Both the position numbers and the translations under genes were made by a program. A stretch of 64,000 bases of DNA from a virus (Duplodnaviria > Caudoviricetes). Positions 38,958-47,410 of the stretch are shown here, in pieces. The notes beneath the pieces were generated by a model. It saw nothing but the letters and a program-made list of their open reading frames with translations. It did not search any database and was not told the DNA's origin. The stretch spans positions 946 to 64,945 of IMG/VR virus record IMGVR_UViG_3300050821_000708; one strand, 5' to 3'. Numbering within the stretch: position 1 is the stretch's first letter; each line of letters opens with the position of its first letter.

Positions 38958-40515
38958 GTTCACCCTCATGCCCCACCAAGAGGAGGGCGTGAAGTTTCTG
39001 GAAACCGTGGACGGCATCGGCGCGTTGCTGTACGACCCCGGCGTCGGCAAGACTGGCACGGCCATGACATGGCTGGACAACCTCGCGGCTCGCAAGGGTG
39101 AGGTCCGCGTGCTGGTGGTCTCACCACTGACGGCTGCCGACACGTGGGTCTCACAGGTTCCTGATTTCATGGACAGCACGGTCAAGGCTCGGATGCTCAC
39201 CGGCTCGACGCTCAAGATCATGGACGATCTGCGCAAGGCGCGGAACTGGACAACGGTGCCGAATGCCAAGATCGCGGAGAACCACCGTGGCGACCGGCGC
39301 AAGGTCACCATCATGTCGATGTCGGCGGGAGCGGTCTCCTCGTACTGCACCAACCGAGCCAAGATCATCACCATGCTCCAAGCCATCCGTGCCTACAAGC
39401 CTGACGTGGTGATCTGCGATGAGTCGCACATCATCAAATCCGCCACCGCGAACATCTCCAAGGCGATGTACCAAATCGGCCAACTGGCAGACCACCGGAT
39501 CATCCTCACCGGGACAGTGAACCCGCACTCCCCGCTGGACTGCTACGGCCAGTGGCTGTTCCTCGCACCGTGGACGTTCAGCGATGCGTACGGCGAGCCC
39601 TACACACAGAACCCGCTGACGATGACGACCACACAGAAGGCGTCCATCCGCCCGTGGCCGTGGGGCCGGTTCAAGATGCGCTACGGAGTGTCGGGTGGCT
39701 ACATGAACCACCAGATCGTGGGCTACCAGAACCTCCAAGATCTCAACGACCGAGTGGCCGAGCGCGCTCATGTGGTCACCGACGACGTGCTGAACCTCAA
39801 GAAGCCTCGCGACATCCCTGTCCACGTGACGCTGAACGCCAAGGAGCGCAAGGCCTACAACGACATGCGCGACCAACTGCTGGCGGAGTTGGACAGCGGT
39901 GCGTTGATCGAGGCTCCGAACGCGCTGGCCAAGATGATGAAGTTGCGGCAGATCGCTTCGGGCTTCGTCAAGGACACCGAAACGGGCGACATCCATGTGG
40001 TTGGCACCTCGCTCCAGAAGGCTGTGACGGAGATCGCCACAGTCCAACTTGTGGGTGAGAACCGACTGGTGGTCTTCGCCTACTTCCGGGCCGAATGCGC
40101 TGCGCTGGTGGAGGCTCTGCGCAAGATCGAGAAGGCGGCTGGCCGAGACACGGTGGTCGAGGTGATCACGGGCGAGACCAAGAAGATGGAGCGTATCGCC
40201 ATTCGGCGTCGGTTCAGAGATGTTTCCGGAAACCCGCAACGCACGATTCTTGTCGCTCAGCAGCGCACGATGTCAGTATCGGTCAACGAACTGATCACCG
40301 CTCGCCACGCCATCTACGCCTCCATGAGTGAGCGTCGAGACGACTGGGCGCAGAGTCGTAAGCGACTGCATCGCAAGGGGCAGATGCGCAAGGTCTGTTT
40401 CTGGAACGTCTTCGTTCCCGGCTCGGTCGGAGAGGTCATGCTGGAGAGCCATCGAACCCGAGGAGACATGGAGAAAGCCCTGCTGGACCACATCAAATGG
40501 ACCCCCAGATTGTAG
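38950..40515 (+). CDS. SNF2-family DNA helicase
   Basis: LMPHQ.EG, DPGVGKT, ICDESH, LTGT, KLRQIASG, QS.KR.HR.GQ. Confidence 0.9.
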   Translation: MPKFTLMPHQEEGVKFLETVDGIGALLYDPGVGKTGTAMTWLDNLAARKGEVRVLVVSPLTAADTWVSQVPDFMDSTVKARMLTGSTLKIMDDLRKARNWTTVPNAKIAENHRGDRRKVTIMSMSAGAVSSYCTNRAKIITMLQAIRAYKPDVVICDESHIIKSATANISKAMYQIGQLADHRIILTGTVNPHSPLDCYGQWLFLAPWTFSDAYGEPYTQNPLTMTTTQKASIRPWPWGRFKMRYGVSGGYMNHQIVGYQNLQDLNDRVAERAHVVTDDVLNLKKPRDIPVHVTLNAKERKAYNDMRDQLLAELDSGALIEAPNALAKMMKLRQIASGFVKDTETGDIHVVGTSLQKAVTEIATVQLVGENRLVVFAYFRAECAALVEALRKIEKAAGRDTVVEVITGETKKMERIAIRRRFRDVSGNPQRTILVAQQRTMSVSVNELITARHAIYASMSERRDDWAQSRKRLHRKGQMRKVCFWNVFVPGSVGEVMLESHRTRGDMEKALLDHIKWTPRL

Positions 40516-40575
40516 TAGGCTGAGAGTCTGCTTATAGCACAACAAGCAGTTTCACGAAAACAGATAGGAAAGAAC

Positions 40576-41103
40576 ATGCACCCCTTCGGCGTCCAGTTGC
40601 ACCTCGAAGAAGTCGCTCGCGCGAGAGCCGAGTGGACCAAAGCGCAGAACGAGTTCAATACCACCGTACGGAAGATCATGGAGAGGCTGCTCCACGAGGC
40701 CGCAGCAGCCCGTATGTCGCCCGAACAGGTGGCCAAGGCTGCTCACCTCACCCCCACCCGTGTTCGGGCTCAGATGAGGCTGGCAGGTCTCAACCCGAAG
40801 ATGGGCAAGACCCTGCTCGCAGAATCGGCGTCCAAGGCGCTGACCGAGAACGCGATGCTCATGGGTGTCGATCCCGAGAAGATGGACCTCACTTCTCCGC
40901 TGGCCTACCTGCCCATGGGCAACGAGTTGAAGCAGCGGCTGGAGATCGAGAAACTCAACCGGACCTCCGGAGTTCTCGGTGAAGGCTTCTGGTGTTCGGA
41001 GTGTCTCGTCTTTGAAGACGACGACTACTGCGAAGACGGCAGATGTTTGGCCTGTGGGTGCAGCAAGTTGGATCACACTCAGGTCAAGGTAGTTCACGAG
41101 TGA
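40576..41103 (+). CDS. putative HTH protein with C-terminal Cys cluster
   Basis: MSPEQVAKAAHLTPTRVRAQMR; CSEC...CLACGC. Confidence 0.55.
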   Translation: MHPFGVQLHLEEVARARAEWTKAQNEFNTTVRKIMERLLHEAAAARMSPEQVAKAAHLTPTRVRAQMRLAGLNPKMGKTLLAESASKALTENAMLMGVDPEKMDLTSPLAYLPMGNELKQRLEIEKLNRTSGVLGEGFWCSECLVFEDDDYCEDGRCLACGCSKLDHTQVKVVHE

Positions 41104-41981
41104 ACCCGCCATCAGCGAACGACCTGTATCGGGCCGCGCAACTTCTCGCTCGTGAGGGCCAGCCAGTGTTCCCCTGTCTGGACAAGGACCGAGGTACTAA
41201 GCACCGAGCCAAGTCCCCGTGGACCCGCAACGGCTACCAAGATGCCAGCGCCGACATCCCTCAGATCAAGACGTGGTGGACTTCTTATCGCGGAGCCGCT
41301 ATCGGTCTGCCGACTGGTGTGCTCTGGGACGTGCTCGACGTAGACATCAAGAACGGCAGCGACGGCAGGCGACATCTCCACAAGTTGCAGGTCAACGGTC
41401 TGCTCAACGGCTGTAAGCGTGTGGTCAAGACTCCCAGTGGTGGCTTTCATCTGTACTTCAAGGCAGCACCCAACACCCACGGGCTGACGAACAAGGCCAA
41501 CCGGGAACTGGGGCTCGACGTGCGAAGCGCGGGTGGTTACGTACTGGCCCCTCCGTCCTACATCATCGTGTTCGATGACCTCGGTGAGTACTCCTACGAG
41601 GGAGCGTACGAAGATCTTGGACCGACCACCGGCAGCACGGATGAGCCCCTGATGTGGGAGTTGATTCTCAACGCACTGGCCCCCATCGACGCCGACACTC
41701 GCAAGCCGATCATCTTGCCGACAGCCGAGCGCCGGGGTATCGGTGGTCTGCGTGAGTTCGTGCTGAAACTCCGCGAGGGTGAGCGCAACAACGGACTGCA
41801 CTGGGCGGTGTGTCGGTGTATCGACGCTGGCATCGACCCTAACGAGTTGATGGACGTGGCGCTCTACACCGGTCTGACTGAGGAGGAGACAGCCAAGACG
41901 ATCAACTCAGCGATTGCCCGCGCCGGTCTCACCGCAGGCGATCTGATGACGGAGGCAGAGTCCCTGTTCAGCGACGAGTGA
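41100..41981 (+). CDS. bifunctional DNA primase/polymerase (prim-pol)
   Basis: PVFPC, IGLPTG...VLDVD, TPSGG.H.YF, DVR..GGYV.APPS, EGERN. Confidence 0.9.
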   Translation: MNPPSANDLYRAAQLLAREGQPVFPCLDKDRGTKHRAKSPWTRNGYQDASADIPQIKTWWTSYRGAAIGLPTGVLWDVLDVDIKNGSDGRRHLHKLQVNGLLNGCKRVVKTPSGGFHLYFKAAPNTHGLTNKANRELGLDVRSAGGYVLAPPSYIIVFDDLGEYSYEGAYEDLGPTTGSTDEPLMWELILNALAPIDADTRKPIILPTAERRGIGGLREFVLKLREGERNNGLHWAVCRCIDAGIDPNELMDVALYTGLTEEETAKTINSAIARAGLTAGDLMTEAESLFSDE

Positions 41982-42014
41982 GACAGATAGGAGAGACGAG
42001 GAAGGAGGTGAGGG

Positions 42015-43064
42015 ATGATCGAGTTTCCAGAAACCGCGCAACGCGAGTGGGATGCCATTCATGCGATAGACGCGGCGAGGGTCGAGTTTGAAAAGAACAT
42101 CAGAGCGGACGCACGGGTAGATACCGAACTGGAAAACATTCGAGTCAGACACCGAGCGAAGATCCTTCACGAGCAAGAACTGAGCGCAGATCAGACACCA
42201 ACATTGGAGATGGGAACCTTGGCAAATCACCTAGCCAACCCAGTAGCAACACCGCAAGACATCATCGAGGGCGTTCTCAAGGACAACGGCCTGCTGATCC
42301 TGCTCGGGCCGTCCAGCGCAGGTAAGTCCACGCTGGCGCTCCAGATGCTCTACTGCGCCATGACAGGCGACCCGTGGCTGGGACAGCCGGTCAAGCCCAT
42401 CATGGGCTCAGTCGGCGTGCTGTCCTACGACATGGACGCAGGGCTGGTCTACGACTGGATGGCCGGGTATCCGAACCTCGACCCCAACAAGGTCGGTGTG
42501 GTGAACGCACACAAGCAGGGCAATCCGTTGGCGGTGCCGGAGTTCCGCAAGCGGATCGCGTCGGCGTGGAAGTCGATGGGCGTGGAGATCGTCGTGATTG
42601 ACTCGTTCAGCGCCTCGTTCTTCGGGCACGACCAGAACGACGCAGCGTCCACGATGGCGCACTATCGAGAGTTGAAGGCGTTCGCGTTGCGAGAGTGTGG
42701 AGCACGGGCTGTGGTCATCATTGCCCACTCCACGCCGGACAGCCCGAACAAGGCCCGAGGCTCGACAGTCCACCACGATGTGGCTGACTCCATCGTCGCC
42801 ATGGAGGTGGATGGCAAGACAGGAACCCGGTACATCCGTATGGTCAAGTACCGGGCGGGACGAGGACAACACCAGATGCACGAGGTCGCCATCGGAGAGC
42901 CCGATGATGTGACACACTTGGTGGACTTGGACCTCGGTGCCATGACGCTCAAGGGCTTGAAGTTGCCCACGACCGTCGCGGCTATGTTTCCGGATGACCC
43001 GGCAACGATCGAAGACCCAGATACGTCGCTTGACGCGACGGAGATAGATGAGGAGACGCTGTGA
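42015..43064 (+). CDS. RecA-like AAA ATPase (replicative helicase-like)
   Basis: GPSSAGKS, VVIDS, IIAH, ARGS. Confidence 0.85.
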   Translation: MIEFPETAQREWDAIHAIDAARVEFEKNIRADARVDTELENIRVRHRAKILHEQELSADQTPTLEMGTLANHLANPVATPQDIIEGVLKDNGLLILLGPSSAGKSTLALQMLYCAMTGDPWLGQPVKPIMGSVGVLSYDMDAGLVYDWMAGYPNLDPNKVGVVNAHKQGNPLAVPEFRKRIASAWKSMGVEIVVIDSFSASFFGHDQNDAASTMAHYRELKAFALRECGARAVVIIAHSTPDSPNKARGSTVHHDVADSIVAMEVDGKTGTRYIRMVKYRAGRGQHQMHEVAIGEPDDVTHLVDLDLGAMTLKGLKLPTTVAAMFPDDPATIEDPDTSLDATEIDEETL

Positions 43065-43309
43065 ATATTGACCCACAAGAGAGTGCGTATCAGGAGCGCG
43101 CCGAAGCAGCCGAGGAGTTCGACGCCGACGAGTTGCGACATTGCCGCCTGATCCTGAGACGTCTCCAGTTCTTGGAGAAGAAGGTCAAGGAGACAGGCGG
43201 GCTGGCCGCAGGCAACGCCACCGGGGGAGCCGCCTTCGCGGAGTGGGAGGTCATGGCTCTGTCGTGGATTCTCTCCGACATCGGATTCATCGAGGAGATC
43301 AAGCGATGA
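43061..43309 (+). CDS. hypothetical protein
   Basis: 82-aa ORF overlapping both neighbours. Confidence 0.6.
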   Translation: MNIDPQESAYQERAEAAEEFDADELRHCRLILRRLQFLEKKVKETGGLAAGNATGGAAFAEWEVMALSWILSDIGFIEEIKR

Positions 43310-43869
43310 AACTCTCGGTGCTGATTCCCGGCGTTCCGAGTCGGATGGACCCTCCAGTACTGCGCCACCTTCTACGCCAGCGGGAGAAGTTGGCCAACCC
43401 CGAAGACGTGGAGATCATCTACCTGCTGGACACCAAGTCCATGAGCGTGGGAGCGAAGCGTAACCGGCTTGTTCAGATGGCCGGAGGTACTTACATCACA
43501 TTCGTGGATGATGACGACCGCGTGACAGATGACTACCTGTCGTCTTTGGTCGATGCCACTTCGCAGAACACTGATGTGATCGTCTTTCCGGTCAAGGTCA
43601 GCCTCGATGGAGCCCGTCCCAAGCCGTGCTACTACTCGATCACCTATCCCAAGGACCAGAACTACGTGTGGGGCTACGAGCGGTTGCCCAACCACATCAT
43701 GTGCGTCAAGCGTTCAATCGCGACGAAGGTTGGATTCCCTGAGATCAACCGTGGTGAGGACAGCCTGTACGCCAAGCGCCTCAAGCCGTTTCTGGAAACC
43801 GAGTACAACATCGGGAAGGTGCTCTACTTCTACGACTACAACTCCCGGACGACGGAGACTCAGCGATGA
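43306..43869 (+). CDS. glycosyltransferase family 2
   Basis: LSVLIP, GAKRN.L...A.G.YI.FVDDDD, GED. Confidence 0.85.
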   Translation: MKLSVLIPGVPSRMDPPVLRHLLRQREKLANPEDVEIIYLLDTKSMSVGAKRNRLVQMAGGTYITFVDDDDRVTDDYLSSLVDATSQNTDVIVFPVKVSLDGARPKPCYYSITYPKDQNYVWGYERLPNHIMCVKRSIATKVGFPEINRGEDSLYAKRLKPFLETEYNIGKVLYFYDYNSRTTETQR

Positions 43870-44144
43870 GCATGGTCACGGATAGTGGAATCCAAGGAGC
43901 GGCGCAGGGTCTAGGTGCAGCGATCACTTCTGGATACACCCAAATCAGTGGCGCGATTAGTCAGATCGGGTATGGAGTCTCTGCTATCGGTGCATCCATT
44001 TCGATAGCAGCGAATGCCTACGCCAAGATGGTGGAGCACCAGATCGAGATGGACAAACTGGATCAGGCTCGTCGGCAACGCGGTACAGCCACTAGACCGA
44101 ACTTCCTCCCCGCTTCGGTGAAGAAGCAGGAGGAGTCGGAGTGA
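43866..44144 (+). CDS. hypothetical protein
   Basis: 92-aa Gly/Ala-rich ORF between the glycosyltransferases. Confidence 0.5.
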   Translation: MSMVTDSGIQGAAQGLGAAITSGYTQISGAISQIGYGVSAIGASISIAANAYAKMVEHQIEMDKLDQARRQRGTATRPNFLPASVKKQEESE

Positions 44145-44848
44145 AGCCCCTCATGGACGTGGTGATCCTGTCCAAGGCCAGCACGGACGAACTCAGGCTG
44201 ATGACCCAACGCTGCATCGACTCAGCGGTACGTGGAGCGCCGGGACAATCCCTCAACGTCATTGTCATGGAGCAGGTGCCCGACATCACCTACCAGCACG
44301 CCACGACCGTGGAGATGACCGAGCCCTTCGCCTACAACCGCTTCGCCAACCTCGGAGCCAAGTACGGTGAGGCCGAGTGGATCATGGTGGCCAACAATGA
44401 TCTGTACTTCGAGCATGACTGGCTGGCCCCAATGCTGGCAGCGAACCATGGTGTGATGTCTCCACGAGATCCCCGGCATCACCGGCAGAGGCTGGTCAAG
44501 TCCAACACGGTGGGTGACCAGATCGGTCTGTACTTCTCCGGCTGGTGCTTCGTCATCCGGCGCACGCTGTGGGAGAAGATCGGTGGCTTCGATGAGGACT
44601 TCACCTTCTGGTGCGCTGACGACGCCGTGGTGCAGCAGGTGCGACGCGCTGGCGTGACCCCCATGTTGATCTCCTCCAGCCGGGTCCACCACTTCGGGTC
44701 GGTCACGCATGATCAGATCCCCGAGGGTACTGAGGAAAGGACGTGGGAGCAGGTCTACAAGTTCGAGCAGAAGTACCGTGTCCCCAAGTTCCAAGGCCAC
44801 CGTGGCTACCAACGGTGGAAGATTCAACGAGCAAGACAAGGAAGGTAA
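44141..44848 (+). CDS. glycosyltransferase family 2
   Basis: DVVIL, F.YNR..N.G, VANND, GWCF...R..W..IGGFDE.F.FW..D. Confidence 0.85.
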   Translation: MKPLMDVVILSKASTDELRLMTQRCIDSAVRGAPGQSLNVIVMEQVPDITYQHATTVEMTEPFAYNRFANLGAKYGEAEWIMVANNDLYFEHDWLAPMLAANHGVMSPRDPRHHRQRLVKSNTVGDQIGLYFSGWCFVIRRTLWEKIGGFDEDFTFWCADDAVVQQVRRAGVTPMLISSSRVHHFGSVTHDQIPEGTEERTWEQVYKFEQKYRVPKFQGHRGYQRWKIQRARQGR

Positions 44849-44852
44849 GACG

Positions 44853-45740
44853 ATGGCGAAGAAGGATATACCCACGCCGATGGACGACTCCATCAAGGAG
44901 AACCCCAACGGCACCATGCATGTCAATGCCCAGCGCAACGCCTACGCGCTGGTCGAACTGGTCGCTGAGGTCCGGGACGTGTTTCCGGAAACCGAGTACG
45001 GGTTCGGTGATTACAACGGGCGCAATGTTGCGCTCAGTGTGACGTACAGCGATCCCGAGCCGGTATTGCGGGAACTGCTGACACTTCTGCGTAGCGACTA
45101 TCGAGTCTCGGAAGTCATGGTCTACGCCAATGGGGACACTTGCCTCCTGATCAACAACAGCGCTCGATCCATGGACGACCGAGCCTCGTGGGGCATCGAG
45201 GGCGCGTACGAGATCCTCGCTGAGGACGCTCTCGACACTGTTCTCCAGATCTCCGAAGACAGTGAGTCTTGGTGATGTTCTGGTACGGCTTCTTCGTTGG
45301 GTTGTTCGCCCTTCCTGCGCTGCTTATCGTCGGTGTGTCTCTGTTTGCGTTGGCCAACAAGTCCGAGATCCAACTCCGGCTCAACTACGAGAAGGGTCGC
45401 GACCTGTGAAGGCCAAGAACAAGGACCAGTCGCTTGACCACATCCCGCTCGGTATGGGTGTCGTTAAGTTCGATGGTCGGTACTACGGCTGCAAGTGCGG
45501 ATGGAAGACGACCCACCCACGCGTCAAGGTGATGGAGGATCGAGTTGACCAACACTTCCGGAAGCGCCATGGTGGAAGGGGCATTCGGATCTAATGATGA
45601 ACTTCTGCAAGCATTGCGACGAAGAGATCCGAGGTTTCGGCGGGGGGATCTGGTTCACCCAGATCAGCCCGACCAAGCCGGACATCGACTACTGCGGGAT
45701 GTCACCTGACGCTCTACACCACCCCAAGGGTGAGCAGTGA
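44853..45740 (+). other. four small hypothetical ORFs
   Basis: 44853-45275, 45275-45409 (membrane), 45406-45594 (CKC..H...H), 45594-45740. Confidence 0.55.
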
Positions 45741-46429
45741 CTCTGCTGCTTCTGCCAGTGCGCCCGGGTGAGTCCAACGAGGAACTCCGGTACAGCCTGC
45801 GGAGTTGGGATCAGAACCTTCTGCTCCCGGATCTGGAACTCTGGACAGTGGGGGACTGCCCTTCTTGGGTAGTCCCCCACAGACACATCGAGGGGAATCG
45901 TCATCGTTCCACTCCGCTCGCTGTGTTCGACAATATACGCCTGATCTCTGAGGCTGCCCGAGATCACGAGACGGCCATCTACATGAACGATGACTTCTTC
46001 TGCGTCAAGCCTGTCACCGAGATCAAGCCGGTGCGTCGCAACCTCACGCTGGCCGAGCACATCGAGATGTTCCCCCTCGGAGCGGGGTTGTGGTGGCCTG
46101 CCAGTCTCCGTCTGACGGCCTCGTGGCTCGCCGGGGCAGGATTCCCCCACCCCGACTCCTACGAGGTCCACAGGCCTCTCCTAGCCTCTCCAGCGGGCAT
46201 GTACGAGGCTCTGTCTCAGTTCGGAGACGACTACACAGCCGGTGTCCCCCAGTGGCGCACTCTCTACGGCAACCTGTATCAAGTCGAGGCTGAGCCGGTC
46301 GAGGACGTGAAACTCCCGAGGTCTAACCCAGTGGACTCCGAGTGGATCAGTACGAGTGACTACGCATGGCGGCGGTATTCTCAGTCCATCACGAGGAGTT
46401 TCCAGAAACCGTCACGGTGGGAGAAATGA
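45737..46429 (+). CDS. Stealth-like (hexose-phosphotransferase CR2-like) protein
   Basis: NEELRYSLRS...N.....VG..P.W and IYMNDDFF match Stealth conserved region 2. Confidence 0.65.
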   Translation: MTLLLLPVRPGESNEELRYSLRSWDQNLLLPDLELWTVGDCPSWVVPHRHIEGNRHRSTPLAVFDNIRLISEAARDHETAIYMNDDFFCVKPVTEIKPVRRNLTLAEHIEMFPLGAGLWWPASLRLTASWLAGAGFPHPDSYEVHRPLLASPAGMYEALSQFGDDYTAGVPQWRTLYGNLYQVEAEPVEDVKLPRSNPVDSEWISTSDYAWRRYSQSITRSFQKPSRWEK

Positions 46430-46430
46430 C

Positions 46431-46682
46431 ATGCCGGGAGTCGTGCTACTGGTAGCCGCTGTAGTCACCAACGTCTTCCGCTGGAAGCGTGGGAAGACCA
46501 CCATCTGTCAGTTCGTACGAGAGCACGTGCCAATGCCAGTCGCAGCCACCGGGCTGGTGTGGTTCTTCGCATGGTTCCCTCGCCACCTCCTCGGCGGCTA
46601 CAGGTCACCGATCCGGGTCACCCCGTTGACGATGGCCAGCACGTCCCTGCCAGCCCCCGAAGACTGCGCCGTCACCACCTGA
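46431..46682 (+). CDS. small membrane protein, last gene of the rightward arm
   Basis: Hydrophobic ORF converging on and overlapping the last tail gene. Confidence 0.5.
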   Translation: MPGVVLLVAAVVTNVFRWKRGKTTICQFVREHVPMPVAATGLVWFFAWFPRHLLGGYRSPIRVTPLTMASTSLPAPEDCAVTT

Positions 46683-47410
46683 ATCTGGTTGATGCCAGAG
46701 CCGTTGGTCCGGAAGGGCGCGGTGATGAACGAGGAGCCGACGTTGTTCGTCTGGCTCTGACCCACAACCGTGGGAGATCCACTCACGCTCGGCAAGTTCA
46801 ACGACCACGTATCCCACGAGATCGCGTCGTAGCGGTAGAACTCCATCGCCACCGAGTAGATCCCCGGTTTGAGCACAGTGATGTGATCGCTGGCCACCGA
46901 GAAGTAGTCGGCGTAGTTCGCAGACGAGTTGTCAGTATCCACTGCCCCCAGCAGGAGGGGGGTCAGTGCCCCACCAGTCGGTACGGTGGTGATGCCAGAG
47001 CCCAACTGCAAGAACGGCGTGGAGAAGGCACCACACAGGACCCACGGCTGCCAGTAGATCGTGTCCGCGTCCCCGGGGTTGCGCAGGAACGTTCGCTGGT
47101 AGTAGGCACCATCCTGATCGAGTGGGTACAGGGTCTGCACGCCACCGAAGGCCGAGTCCATGACGACCGTGCCCACGAACTGGCTGGTGCTGTTCGGTGC
47201 GTCGAAGGCTCCAATGTCGCTGCTGTAGAAGCCGTTGTAGGTCGCAAGCGTGTCCGACCAGTCAGTGACCAATGTGGCAGCCGCAGCGATGCCGGGGCCG
47301 ACCAGATCGCTGGCCTGCCGGATGACGGGACGCCGGTCTGCGATGGACAACTTCTTCTTCTGGGTGTTGAAGAAGTCCATCGCTGTGGTCTCAGTGCGCC
47401 AGTTCTCCAT
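46598..47410 (-). CDS. minor tail protein
   Basis: ATG 47410 (TGATG); LVGPGI motif, beta-rich C-terminus; last gene of the tail operon. Confidence 0.75.
   Translation of the reverse strand: MENWRTETTAMDFFNTQKKKLSIADRRPVIRQASDLVGPGIAAAATLVTDWSDTLATYNGFYSSDIGAFDAPNSTSQFVGTVVMDSAFGGVQTLYPLDQDGAYYQRTFLRNPGDADTIYWQPWVLCGAFSTPFLQLGSGITTVPTGGALTPLLLGAVDTDNSSANYADYFSVASDHITVLKPGIYSVAMEFYRYDAISWDTWSLNLPSVSGSPTVVGQSQTNNVGSSFITAPFRTNGSGINQIQVVTAQSSGAGRDVLAIVNGVTRIGDL

Larger units (their letters stand above)
17943..41991 (+). promoter_or_regulatory. start-associated motif (AT)CCAACAG(ATAGG/AAAG)
   Basis: Copies at 17943, 19836, 21474, 24125, 26004, 26162, 29532 (variant), 35257, 40559, 41983, mostly 7-11 nt upstream of an ATG. 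Confidence 0.8.
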
